Assembly (NCBI RefSeq): GCF_009914755.1
Contig: NC_060929.1
Source of the DNA: the human T2T-CHM13v2.0 reference genome, Homo sapiens
Length of the DNA: 64,000 nucleotides
Strand: one strand, 5' to 3'
Below the pieces are notes generated by a model. It was not told the DNA's origin, did not search any database, and was given only the letters and a program-made list of their open reading frames with translations. The position numbers were made by a program, and so were the translations under genes. This document shows positions 16,936 to 33,025 of the stretch, in pieces (the first letter of the stretch is position 1; the number at the start of each line of letters is the position of its first letter).

Positions 16936-17104
16936 TTCTTTCTAGAAAGAGCCTGCCTGGCTTCTTTCCTCTTTTTCCAGTGGAAATCTATTCAATGAAT
17001 AAACAGTACTTGATATATATTTCTTAATTTTATTATATGGGAAACAGGAATTACCATGCCATCACAATTCTCTGTTCAGTCTAGTGTTTGTTGATTGACT
17101 GAGT

Positions 17105-18600
17105 GATTCATTTATTCACTAGCTCATTCATTCATTCATTTCACTTTATTACATCCACCAAATATCTACTGATTATCTACCATGTATTTGGTACAATGCT
17201 GGATACTAGGAATTCAAAAGCAAGCAAAGCATATATAATCGTTACCATCGTAGACTGGGAAGTGAGAAATTAAATAATACTTAAAATGTAAAAAAATGCA
17301 AAACAGAAAAAAGCGTGACAGGATAGCACAGAGGAGTGAGAACTGGTTTAACTGGTTTACTCCACAGACACCAGAGAAGGCTTTTCAGAGAATGAGAAAG
17401 AGTTGCTGTTGTCTAAAAAGTAAATAAGATTTTAATTAGGCAAAAAAAAAAAAAAAAAAAAAGAAAACACCATTCTAGGTGGGGAGAACAACAAATTTAA
17501 GAGCCCAATTGTAGGAGGGAAGGTAGTCCATTTCAGGAAAATAAAGAAATCTGGTGTGGACCACAGTGAACAAATAGAAGGGTGATATTAGATGAGGGAT
17601 TAAATATGAGTAAAGGCCAGATAAGTGAGAAATTGCATAACATGTTAACAGTTTAGGTTGATAATCTCAAAATTAAATCCACAGAAAAGGCTTAATTTGT
17701 AGGTGCATAGTCAGAATTAAGGTTTCCATAATGATAATCAAAAATATAACTCTAGCTTTATTTTGAAGACTGAATGTAAGAATGAAAAATGCAGATATAA
17801 AAAGTCATTTACATCTCTATGTCATAGTTTAAGGAATGACACAATAGATGATATTAAATGCACTATAATATTTTTTGAGAAATTGGGTGAAACTCAAGAT
17901 GTTAAGGAGGCAAAAATGAACAGGTCCTAATGACCAGTTGAATTTTGATGAGCAATGGAAGAAGGAGGGTGTTAAGAAAGTTCATATCTATCTGGATTGG
18001 AAACCAAAAGTAAAAACAGTAATAAAAAATACAGACATATAGAAAGCACAAACAAGAAAAATTGAGTGAAATGCTAATACTCAGATTTCTGTTTAAAACA
18101 TGTTTCTGAGATATCTATTAAATATCTAAGTATATGACTTTAGTGGACAGCTGAGTAAGCATGCTTTGAGATAAAGATCTGGGACAAGATATGTGAATGT
18201 GAAGGTCATATAGATGCTTACATATGATAATTATTACTTTGGGCATGAAATTTCTCTGTGAAAATATAGATAATGAAAAAAAGAAGGGTGATTTGGACAA
18301 AATCATGAGGCTCTCCAACATCAAAAGGCTGAAGATAAGATGATGAACCAGTAAAAAACAAATTAGGAGAATATAGAAAGGCAATTGTTAAAAAGAAATC
18401 AGGAGAGAACGAGGTGATGAAAGCCAAAGAGTACTCAAAACTTGTTTAGACATCATCGATATTTAGGACTGAAAATGACAAAGGAACTTAATGGCATAGA
18501 GTTGAACAATGACAATATCAATAGCCATTTTGGTGAACCAACAGTTAGTTGTATTAGAGGGTGTTAAACTGTAAGTAGACAGTGATGAGGAAAAGAAAAC
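17105..18600 (-). mobile_element. L2 (LINE-2) fragment
   Basis: (CATT)n tail, aaatatctactga...caatgctggatact, then purine-rich antisense body. A-tract at 17442-17467. Confidence 0.75.
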
Positions 18601-19739
18601 AACAAGTATAAACAACTACTCTTAGCTATTTTATGAAGATTGTAGTAAAAAAGAGAAATAGAAAGTAAAAAATAGAAATAGATTTGTTTTAAGTTAGAGA
18701 AGATAAAGATTTTAACAAGTATAATTCCCAAAAGAAATCATTTAAGAGGAGGAAAAATTTGAAGATAAAGATGAGAGAAATAATTATCAATAGATATTAG
18801 ATTCCCAAGAGGGTAGGACAGGATTATATCCAGAACCCAAGAGTAAATTATTACAAAATGAGGATTAAGAGAGGAGGGGCTCAGAACCAGGACTAGCTGA
18901 ACATCTGGTAACTTCACTTCCAGGAAATCTAACCACTGGTTTCTATTCTCTGTGGGCACAGAATGTAAGAAAAATAATTGGAATGGAGAGGTATGGGATA
19001 GTGATGAAATGAGTTAGAAGTAGAAGCAAAATGAAGAAAGATGGAAATAGTCCTCGTTGAAAGTAGGAGAAAGAAACCAAGAAAGCCTTTCACTCCACTT
19101 GTCTCCCCTTTGAATGGTCAAATAACAGTTCTTAGACTGGTCCTCATTTTTGCTTTTTATTCACATTGCTTTTGATTTTTTTTTCCATTTACACAACTAA
19201 TGTATTTTTTTCCAAGTAGAAGAGAACAATTTAAGTACTCCTTGATAAAAACACAATACCACTCCATTGTTACTTTAGATATAACTGATCATTTTCTATT
19301 TGTTTAATTTGCATCCAAATGTATACACTTAATGAAAAATAGAGTTTTCCTTTGTCTTTATGAGAAACTTTATCAGATGTAAATAAGGGAACAACTAACA
19401 GGGCGAAGCAAGGCTTTCAACCCTTTCTAGGGCAGTAAAGATGGATGGAGACAGAGGAGTTAAAGGAAGCCAGGGGTAAAGAAAAGTATGACGGCTTGTG
19501 GTGAGGTATCAGAGATGAGTGAGTAGGGAGGGGATTAAAGAAGAAGAAGAGAAGGAAAGAATAGAAAACATAAATAAACAGAAAAGTGCACAAATCTTTT
19601 GGCCAGTGTCTGAAATAGCAGTATACCAACAAAGTAAAATGTTTTGATGTTAAAATAATAAATTCAAAATAATAAAAAATAATTGAATACTGGAATGCTG
19701 AGGCCCAGTACTGCTGTTATTACATACAAAATCTTAAGT

Positions 19740-20030
19740 AGCACTGCTATTGCCCATCTTAAGTGATGCCAGGACCAGCATCTCTGTAATTTTCTTGGCC
19801 TTCACTGTAAGAAAATGGCTGAAAGCTCCAGGCATAATATCCATTTTAATGCCAGGAAGAAAGATATAAAAGAAGTACTCAGCTGCATTGTGGAAAAACA
19901 AAGTTGGAAGCAATGTCACTCACTGTGGAATGACATTTGGCTTGAGCATTGTCTCCTACCAGGATAAAAATACAGAAACTCTTCAGCAACATTCAATGTA
20001 ATATACTTTTATAATTTTCTTTGGACAAAA
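19740..20030 (-). mobile_element. Possible ancient ERVL/MaLR LTR fragment (LTR33/MLT1-like)
   Basis: aaaatggctgaaagctccaggcataatatcc...ccaggaagaaag motif. Confidence 0.35.
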
Positions 20031-20625
20031 ATCAAGTTGGTACCCTGTGACTCACTTTGATCTAAGGTTTTTTGACTTGAAATGAATTAGACATTTTCCA
20101 GTAAACTTTTAAAAAAGAGATTTCATAGTAAGGAAAAAAAAAGTCTTGTATTTTCACATTATTTCCATTTCCATTTATTTTCATTCCATTGGGTAGATCC
20201 ACATTTCCATCAAATGCAGTTTTCCTTGTGATTGAATGACTTTTTTTTCTTCTTTTAAGATTACCTCCCTCTTTTTTTTCCCCCTTTCTGGCACTCATAA
20301 TATAAAGATGCTTACAATTCTATTTCTATTTTCCAAATCACTTTACTTATTATTAAGTCTTTTTCTTTTCTTTGTTTTTTATCTTGATGCTTTCTGGGAT
20401 AATTCCTTATCCTGGATTTGAGCTCATTAATTTGTAGTTTATTCACTATTTTATGTCTAATATTTCCAGTGAGTTATTAAATTTTATTAACTATTTATTT
20501 ACAAAATAATTGTTTTTTTTGTCCTTGCTCCATGTTATTAGTATCCATCTTGTCTCTCTAAAAATGTTTAAAATCATATTTTGGCTGGTCTATACATATC
20601 ATTTTAGTTTATGTGGACTACAAAC

Positions 20626-23747
<3,122 letters not shown>

Positions 23748-23749
23748 AT

Positions 23750-24220
23750 GTGTCTTCTTAGAAATTTCAGGGGCTAATCTTGAGACAGACAGATGAAGTC
23801 TGAAGACCCAGTGGCAAAATTTCAGAGACCAATTGAAGACATCTAATCAACCACCCAGCCATTGTTGAGACAAAGTCAGCTCAGTGGATTGGGAGCCAAG
23901 ACAGCCACCAGAACAAGACACAAAGGCATTGTCCTCAGCTTGCGATCCAGATAGACTGGAACCCAACATAGCTGCTAGAACAAGACACATGGATTTGTGC
24001 TCAGCCCAATTCTTACATGTCTTCCTTATCAAGTTTTCCCTTTTTAAACCCATACTTCCTTCCCGACCCCACGGAAATTCAAGCAGTTAGTTTGGGTAGG
24101 AATCTGGCTGCTTACCCATTTACTAGTTTCAGTTAATAAATTCACTTTCTTTCTACCATACCTCGTTCTTGTTAATTGGACTCTGCAGGGGGTGAGCATC
24201 TGGACCTGTGTTCAGTTACA
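23750..24220 (+). mobile_element. ERVL-type LTR (MER54/MER74-like), probably 5'-incomplete
   Basis: aataaa near 24135, terminal ggacctgtgttcagttaCA, internal repeat agaacaagacaca x2. Confidence 0.7.
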
Positions 24221-24739
24221 AGACCAGTGTTTTAATCAAAATTCCCATAAATTTTCCATGGGGAGCAAATTTTCCCCAGATAAGTCTGCTAGCTTAGGTG
24301 ATGTTATTTCAAAGTGTGGGTTAAAGATGGTGATATTGCTTGTACCCTCTTCTATTTAGAGAGTAGGTGATATAGCATTCACAACATAGATGATTATTTT
24401 GATTTGTTCTAAATTGTTCTGACAATTTTTTCTCTGACCAACTCTACAAGCAGGCAACTCTCTCCAATAGAACCAACCATTTGATGGTATCACCTTGCCC
24501 TTGGGTATGGAGGATGAAGAGGAACTTTTAGTTTATTCCTGTACTTGTTTTTATCTACTTCTTACCCTACCGCTTTTTTTCCAGGCTTTGTGTTATAGTA
24601 ACACCTTTTATTTCCATATCCTAAAAATCCCAATATATATTATATCCATTTTGTTTGAAAAGTCAATGATCTTTTGTTGAATTATAGCTAGTTAGCCAAA
24701 AACGAATAATGTATAAACACTTCAGTAAAGAAGATATGT

Positions 24740-25460
24740 TTATTGCAAAATAGCATTTATTCAGTATCATAAGGCATTAGAGAAATAAAATTTAAAATGA
24801 AATTAGGTACTACTACATACTTAAGAGACTGTCTTAAATTAAAAATTCTAACCATACCAATTGTTGGTAAGGATTCAGAACAATTGGATTTCTCATAAAC
24901 TACTGATGGGAATCTAAAATTATACAATCACTTTGGAAACCTGCATGGTAGTTTGTTAAAAAGTTAAACATACACCTACCATACAACCTACTCACTTCAT
25001 ACTTAAGTATTTGCTCCAAAGAAATAAAAACATATGTCTACACAAAGATGTGTATATGAATGTCTGTAGTAGCTCTATTGTAATAATCCTAAACTGAAAA
25101 AATCCAAATGTCATACAACCACAGGTGAATGGATAAGCAAATTGTGGTATGTCTATACAATGGGATACTACTCAGCAATTGAGAGGAATTGTGTAGTGAG
25201 GCATGCAACAGCATGAATCCATCTCAAAACAATTATGCTGAATGAAAGAAAGCAGACATAAAATAGCATATCCTTTACGATTTTATTTATATAACTTTTT
25301 AGAAAATGCACAAAAATATTTGAAGACAGAAGATTGTCTGGGGATGGAACACATAGGTATAGATAGGATGAAGAGTTTACAAAAGAAATTAAGGAAACAA
25401 TGACATTTTGGGGAATGATTCATATGTACATTATCTTTATTGTAGTGGATATATTATATA
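24740..25460 (+). mobile_element. L1MC/L1MD-like 3' end
   Basis: accaattgttggtaaggat, aagttaaacatacacctaccata, aattatgctgaatgaaagaaag. Confidence 0.8.
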
Positions 25461-25462
25461 TG

Positions 25463-25489
25463 TTTATATATATATGTGTGTGTGTGTGT

Positions 25490-25527
<38 letters not shown>
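25463..25527. repeat. (TA)n(TG)n microsatellite
   Basis: Seen directly. Confidence 0.95.
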
Positions 25528-25529
<2 letters not shown>

Positions 25530-25961
25530 CTGTCACCTGGCCTGAGATCCCTTGGGAAAGGGAGGTTGAAAAAGTGAATGAAATACATAAATAACATCAG
25601 AATGAGAAAAAAAGCAAAGACTTGCTCTAGTCAGTAACCATCACTTACATCTACCAGAGACTCGAAGAGTGGGAAAGCTTTATATATATAAATTAAACAT
25701 AATATAAATATAATACATAAAAATATATATAACATGTAAATCTTGCACCTAGAGAGGCAAATAAATTGAGAGAGACAGAAAGAAATAAAGAGCAAGAGAT
25801 ACACAACAAAATAGCTCATTTTAATTTATTTTAGATTAGTATTATACTTCAAAACTTTTTGTCCTAACATACAACTTTGCTCAAAATATTGTCTCTTAAA
25901 TTAGAAAATTTATAAAAGTGCCGTATTTTCTAACATTCTTCAAAGTAATCTTTTTACTCTA

Positions 25962-26792
25962 GACTCTTAACTTTTTTTTTATTATTATTATACTTTAAGT
26001 TTTAGGGTACATGTGCACACTGTGCAGGTTAGTTACATATGTATACATGTGCCATGCTGGTGTGCTGCACCCACTAACTCGTCATCTAGCATTAGGTATA
26101 TCTCCCAATGCTATCCCTCCCCCTTCCCCCCACCCCACAACAGTCCCCAGAGTGTGATGTTCCCCTTCCTGTGTCCATGTGCTCTCATTACTCAATTCCC
26201 ACCTATGAGTGAGAATATGTGGTGTTTGGTTTTTTGTTCTTGCGATAGTTTACATGAACAGACACTTCTCAAAAAAAGACATTTATGCAGCCAAAAAACA
26301 CATGAAAAAATGCTCACCATCACTGGCCATCAGAGAAATGCAAATCAAAACCACAATGAGATACCATCTCACACCAGTTAGAATGGCGATCATTCAAAAG
26401 TCAGGAAACAACAGATGCTGGAGAGGATGTGGAGAAATAGGAACACTTCTACACTGTTGGTGGGACTGTAAACTAGTTCAACCTTTGTGGAAGTCAGTGT
26501 GGTGATTCCTCAGGGATCTAGAACTAGAAGTACCATTTGACCCAGCCATCCCATTACTGGGTATATACCCAAAGGACTATAAATCATGCTGCTATAAAGA
26601 CACATGCACACGTATGTTTATTGCGGCACTATTCACAACAGCAAAGACTTGGAATCAACCCAAATGTCCAACAATGATAGACTGGATTAAGAAAATGTGG
26701 CACATATACACCATGGAATACTATGCAGCCATAAAAAATGATGAGTTCATGTCCTTTGTAGGGACATGGATGAAATTGGACTCTTAACTTTT
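25962..26792 (-). mobile_element. Short twin-primed L1PA2/3-like insertion with a 14-bp TSD
   Basis: TSD gactcttaactttt at 25962-25975 and 26779-26792. Antisense 3' UTR to ~26253, then sense ORF2 to 26780. TTTT/AA endonuclease site. Confidence 0.96.
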
Positions 26793-27739
26793 AAACTCAA
26801 AATAGCATTTGAATTTCTGACAGTTGCTCTGAATGCATTCGTTTGCCTTTAACTCTTTTTGCTGTTGTTATTAAACACATTGTGATTTTAAAATTATATT
26901 TGCTCTTCATTTCATTTCCATAGGATACTGGAAGATATATAAGGAGGTTAATGCCTCTTTCTATGAGGTGTTAAAAAAAAAAGCTTATGGTGTTTAAATT
27001 TAAATCAAATAAAAATAGGCAGTGGAGAAGAAAACTGGGTTTTTGACACAAAGATTAGAGGCAATAGAGGTGATAGAATGATAAAAGTAAAAGTCACAGG
27101 ACACTTGTACTAGGCATTTGGGAATGAGTTAGGGGTTGGGGAGAAACTGTTTATTCAGAGAGTATTTCAAAGAATTTCTTTGCTTTCAAGGTTACCATTA
27201 ACATGCTGAGAAGTAAAATACATGTGCAGGATTTATGTGATAGAATGACATAATATAAAACAAGTAGGTCAAGAGACTCAAATCTTTATTTTAAAAATAC
27301 ATTTTTTATGATTTCTGTACATCTGAAAAAAACCCAGTTAGATGAATAATACTAAAAACCACATTTACCTAAAAAAGTGGATAATGAGCAGTTAACAATT
27401 CCTTATTTTCAAATATTTATCAATTTAATGCATAAACATTCTTCAGACAATGATATTAAGCATATGTCATTTATTTTCTAGTTATTAAACAGTGTAAAGT
27501 GTTAAAACTATATGAAACTCCAAATTAGCATAAATCTTTAAATTTTGAGCGAAATAAGAGAAATACTGATTGGCTGGAACAACAAAGGCTATTCATTTGA
27601 TTAGACATATTTTGTTTCACAATAGAATGAATAATATAGCTAAGGAAGATGGTTCTGAAAAATCTGTATTAGGACTGTCAATGGAAAAGAGTTCACCAGC
27701 AGTGAGAGAGACCAGAGGAATCCATAAGAACTCTGGTTT

Positions 27740-28190
27740 TAAAATCAGGTTTATCTGTGTTACAATCGCAACTTCATAATCTATTGCCTGTGTGCTCATG
27801 GAAACATTCTTGAAAGTTGTGCTTATTTTCTTCATCCATAATATGTGATAATGATAACAATTATATCATTTCAGTAGTAACATTTATAAAGGGCTTACTC
27901 GGTGTTAGACCCTTAAGTATTTCATATGACTTTATCATGGTTTATTCTCACAGCTGCCCTATGAATAGGTACAATTATCATCATTCCGATTTTATGGACA
28001 AGAAAATGGAGTCATAGAAAGGTGAAGTGATTCCCCAAGAGTCACACAGCTGGTGAGTGTGAGAAACAAGCTGTGAACTCAGGCAATCTGCTTTTCTTAT
28101 CTTGGCTTGGTACTTTTGCGAAGATTATATGAGATAATGCATGTTTCATGCTTTATATAATTTACTAAATATGCACTCAGAAAAGATAAT
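27740..28190. mobile_element. MIR fragments (both orientations)
   Basis: ttctcacagctgccctatgaataggt...gtcacacagctggt, and gaagattatatgagataatgcatg. Confidence 0.7.
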
Positions 28191-29701
28191 ATTAGAGGTG
28201 ATTATGAAAAGAAAATCTTCTACATTACATATGTATCCATAAATATAAAATGAACTCTTTCACTTTTCATTAGCCACTGTTAGGGAATTGATTCAAATAT
28301 AGTGACAGCAAAATAAGATTGAATTTTGCATATATTGTCTTTTTGATTGATTGAAATAGTATATATATTTTCTTTGTGCCATACTTCAGTCATCTGAGCT
28401 TCATAGAATTAATTAAAATTTTAACTTTGGAGTCATTTATTTGCTAATGTCATTGTTATATAATGTCTGTCTAGAAAAAAAAAAACATAACCCAGAAAGC
28501 AATCTGAGAGCCATGTGACATTTGTTTTATCTGAACCTATAAGACCAAATAAATTTGATAATTGCCAAATATGTACTTTGTATTATATCAGCATTGTTGT
28601 CACTGTAATTTTAGGGAATGCTAATAAACATGTACTGAAAAAGTCAATAAGAGATTTACAAAAAAAGTGTGTTTCCCCATACAAACTATTTCTACTTCAC
28701 CTTCTGAAAAATGTCGAGACATACTTTGATCTTTGGGAAATATTTAAAGTCTTATTATAATTAAATCATGTTGAAAATGCAGTAAAAATGGTTAGTTCCT
28801 ATAGAAAAATACTAGTTATATAGTAATAAAGGAAATGATTGTGGTAAAACTATGGCCACAGAGTCTAGGTGGAATTGAAAATTTTTTCAATGATATTTGT
28901 AGTTATAGCTTACAATTCAATAACGAGTGCCTTGGAAACTATAGACCATAAGATTAGAACAAGATCCAAGCCTGAGACCTGTAAAACATCAGTATTATTG
29001 ATCGGAGCAAAGATGCATTTTAAAAAATCTCAAAACCAAATCAGTAATATTGGACTAACGCATCTAGCTTCTTATATAATTTCTGGTGCTGTTGAGAGAG
29101 ACATTTTTAATAAACTATTGTGTAAAGACTAGAAAATCTGCAAACATTTCAAAAGATACAGAGTAATAGCCTTTATCTATTCCCTATTGTTTCCTCCTAC
29201 CTCCCTCTAAGCATCTCCACAGAGACCATGTTCAAACAGCACTGGAGATAAATGAGGCTATGGACATGGGAACACAGTTGACAACTATTTTTCTGAGAAT
29301 AAGAAAAAAAATAACGCTCAAAGACTTAAAAAGTAGTGCTCCTTTGTTCACTCTTACACATAAATATCACAAAGTAAATAGGCAACACAGATATATAGCA
29401 AAATTTGTGTATGAAAGACCAAGTAAACTTTGCTTTCATTGGTGGTTAAAAAACTCCAACAAAACACAGAGGATGATTGTGGTCACTAGTGATAGACAAA
29501 TTTTCACTTAAAAAAAAAAGATTAGTAATTTACCATAAACTCAGAGCAAAATAATCCAATGTCAATTATTTAAAAATAAATAATATGTGTGTTTAGAAAA
29601 ATACCATTATTTTGATAGCAATAAGAAGCTAAAGCACAAAAGTGGGTAGCTTTTTTAAGAGGACAAAATAATGGTCAGAGGCTTTTGTGTTGTTGTTTTG
29701 A

Positions 29702-29703
<2 letters not shown>

Positions 29704-29736
<33 letters not shown>
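29704..29736. repeat. (TG)16 microsatellite
   Basis: Seen directly. Confidence 0.97.
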
Positions 29737-29737
<1 letters not shown>

Positions 29738-30445
29738 TTTTTAAATCTTCAGTAACTTGATATGAAAATGTGTGTCTATCTTTGACTTTAAACAGTAATT
29801 ATGTTTTGAGAACAGGTCAAGGTAAATTATTCTCTGTAATGCATCTCCACAGAGGTGGCAGACCAAACTCCTGTGGCCTTTCTCAGCTGCAGAGGGCTGC
29901 CAAGGCAGTAGAGCTAGGTTTTAGAATTACTTTAGAGTTACTTATTTCACCTTGGCTATAATTACCGTGGTAGCTGTTAATCATGACTAATTGAGAGCAG
30001 AGGAAAAAAAAATGTCACTTGTAGAGGGAAAGCAGTATTTCAGAATTCCTGTAAACAAAGCTTTGGCTAAAAGATTGAATAGAAAGAGCAAAAATGAGAA
30101 AGAAGGTGTTTTGGGCCTGGCCCCCAACGATATTAAACTATTGTAACTGTTTTGAATTGAGCTGGAATGGCTAGATTGAAGAAGATTGAAAAAGAAAGCT
30201 TGAAAGTTTGTCCTGTGAAGGCATTAGAACCTCCTGGAAGATGCCAAAATATCTTTGAGTATAGATGTCTCCAGGATGTTAGTGCCAAGGCTCCAGAGAA
30301 CTCTCCACTGCATCAGCCTTTAGCTTGAATGCCTGCTGTCAACTCCCGTGGACACCATCACAGATCTTAGGACTCATCTATTTAACATGGGATCCGTGCC
30401 CGGGACCAAGACACTGATTTGTCTATAAACTTCCAGTGCTGTGAC

Positions 30446-30508
30446 ATGGCAGCAACCCTCAGGCAACAGAAGCATGAAAGGGCTCAAGCAGAACCAAACC
30501 CAGGTTTG
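30446..30508 (+). other. Candidate exon end: ATG in good Kozak context, 21 open codons (MAATLRQQKHERAQAEPNPGL), consensus donor
   Basis: gacATGG at 30443-30449 and TTG|GTAAGT at 30509, in repeat-free, locally GC-richer DNA. Protein not recognised. Confidence 0.3.
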
Positions 30509-30949
30509 GTAAGTAACACATGGATTTTTCAAAAGTCTAACAAACTAGAATGGATAAAACCACCACAAGAATCTTACATTTCACCATATTTTTAAAGCAA
30601 CATAGATCAGCTTAACGGTTTATATTTTAAAAGCACTTTCCATCTACATTATGTAATCTTTAAAACAACCATATAAACTATGTATTGTAAAAAAACAAAA
30701 AAACTTATTTTGCAAATAAGAATTTATAGCATCTCGAACAAGATGACAAAGATAGTGAGGGCAAGGGCAGGGACTCAAATCCTGACCCTGATTACATATT
30801 GTATGTTTCTTCCTCAGAAATATTGTGGTTTGAATGTAAAATATAAGCAGATCTAAACAAATGCTGAGTTAGAAAAAGACCAAGGCTAAAAACTATCATG
30901 AAAATGAAACATAAACATGTATTTTATAACATCAAAGTAAATATTTGAA

Positions 30950-30952
30950 TAT

Positions 30953-30983
<31 letters not shown>

Positions 30984-31278
30984 TTTTATTTATTTTTGAG
31001 AGGGAGTCTCACTCTGTCACCCAGGCTCGGGTGCAGTGGCGCTATCTTGGCTCACTGCAAGCTCTGCCTCCCGGGTTCACCCCATTCTTCTGCCTCAGCC
31101 TCCTGAGTAGCTGAGACTACAGGCACGTGCCACCACGGCCGGCTAATTTTTTTGTATTTTTTAGTAGAGATGGGGTTTCACCATGTTAGCCAGGATGGTC
31201 TCGATCTCCTGACCTCGTGATCCGCCTGCCTCGGCCTCCCAAAGTGCTGGGACTACAGGCGTGAGCCACCACACCCGT
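30950..31278 (-). mobile_element. AluY-like with (TTTA)n tail
   Basis: AluY diagnostics ctgcaagctc and gttagccaggatggtctcgatctcctgacctcgtgatc. Confidence 0.95.
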
Positions 31279-31880
31279 TAAATGACTTTCATTGTGTCTG
31301 TTCCCAATATCATTTTGCCTTCCTTTCCATCACAAATAACTCCTTTCCATCACAAATCCAGTAACCTCCCTGGTAGGATACTTTCACCTTAAGCTTTTAT
31401 CCTTCCTTTCTTTTCTGTCCTGTGTCCAATCCCCTGTTGATCTCAAATGATCTTCATTTGCCTTATCAATTGATTTTTCCCCGTTTTATTCCTTCTTTTG
31501 ATTCAATATATCCCCCAAACTGTCCTGTATATAGAGTTATATACAGATACAGAACAGGAGGCTTTACCTGTATATTTTAGCATTGATGGTAGTCATGGCC
31601 TCACATATTTCCCACTGGAATTTCAGTATTAGGGAGCAAAGACCTAAGACTGCTAGCATAATTACTTTCCATCGCCTTTGAGAAACACTCACAACCTCAT
31701 CCCTGTCCTAGCCCGCCCCTTTCCATCACCCAGTTATCAGTAAGGGTATGAATAGGGAGAATAATTATCCCATATAAAATCAGAGAATTTTCTAATTCTA
31801 GCATTTTGACTGTCTCTCCCAAGAAGATGGACTTCAAAAAAAGAAAAAGGGCTTTAACTTTCCTGTGCTGAACTTTCCAG

Positions 31881-31910
31881 GCATTATTGAAAAGAAATGA
31901 CTGCTATTTG
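31881..31910 (+). other. Candidate 30-nt microexon (open only in phase 0: ALLKRNDCYL)
   Basis: ttttcctgtgctgaactttccAG acceptor and TTG|GTAAGC donor. Confidence 0.3.
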
Positions 31911-32874
31911 GTAAGCAGTGGCCCTACAAGCAAAGGCGAAGAATACCTATAATAGAGCAATGTTAGTTTTTGTGGAAAAGAACAGTGGGAACTTTAGCCA
32001 TCAGCACAATTACTTATGGTTATACATACTGTATATAGAAGGGAGGCTAAGATCAACTATTGTTCTGAGAGGACTAGAAACACTGAATTCCTTATCTATC
32101 ATGAAAAGAGATGATTAGGCCAGGAACATTGAGCTGTTGAAAAGAAAGCAAGTGAGATATAATGTTGAGAACATGATTAGAGCACATGTCGTATTCACTA
32201 AATTGATTCTTTATGTTTTGATCTCAGAAAGCATTTTAAAGTTCTTCATCACTTTCACTGATGTGATGTTTTTACTTATGGCAACTTTCAGTCATTTTAT
32301 AAACACTGATGCTTATCTTTAGTTTCTTAAACATTACTGCTAAAAGAGTATTAGATCACTATGTTAGAACTTGATTCTGGTCAATTTTATTCAATTGGAT
32401 CAAAAATTTGATTTAAGGATGACAGAAATACTAACTTTATGAATCTAGACTTAAGTGTGTCTGGTTCATTTACAAACAAATTAGTACAGTAATTTCTTCC
32501 ATTTGTCAAAGTACCATTTAGTTGATATCTGAAGTGTGATGAAGCCAGGCAGAAGGGGCAGTCCTATAATTGTTTGATTCTGCTGCCCTATTCGTTTCTT
32601 GCTGAAAATCAAGTAGTAGTACAGGTCTCCTCTCATCTACCCCTCTCCTACAGAACACAAGCCACTTAAAGGAGATGGGCTATGTCTTACCTCTGGATGT
32701 GGCTTTGTGATGACTGAGACAGAAGGCATCAGTTCTCATTCCACTCACTCCTTCCACAAACATTTAATGAATTACTTAAAGAAATATGTTTCTAAGTAGT
32801 ATCTACAAGTACTAACCCTGGTTTTTACTTAGGGCAAATTAACTGTGCAGACTTCCATTAATAAGCATAACAAC

Positions 32875-33025
32875 AATAGCAAAAGAGAATTTATCACATA
32901 CCAGCTACTCTTCTATGCATTTTACATATATTACCTCATTTAATTCTCACAATATCAGACATTATCCCCTTTTCATGAATCAGAAAGCTGAGGCAAAGAT
33001 AATTTAAATAACTTCCCTAAGGTTC
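32875..33025 (-). mobile_element. MIR
   Basis: ttacatatattacctcatttaattctcacaa...agaaagctgaggc. Confidence 0.7.

Noticed and set aside
26923-26945. Acceptor-like tttcatttccatag followed by 23 nt
   Set aside because: The donor (gttaat) is weak and the length is not frame-preserving.
32691-32713. Minus-strand 23-nt AG/GTAAGA microexon-like unit
   Set aside because: Frame-shifting length and located in an L2-like remnant. It shows that such signal pairs occur by chance.
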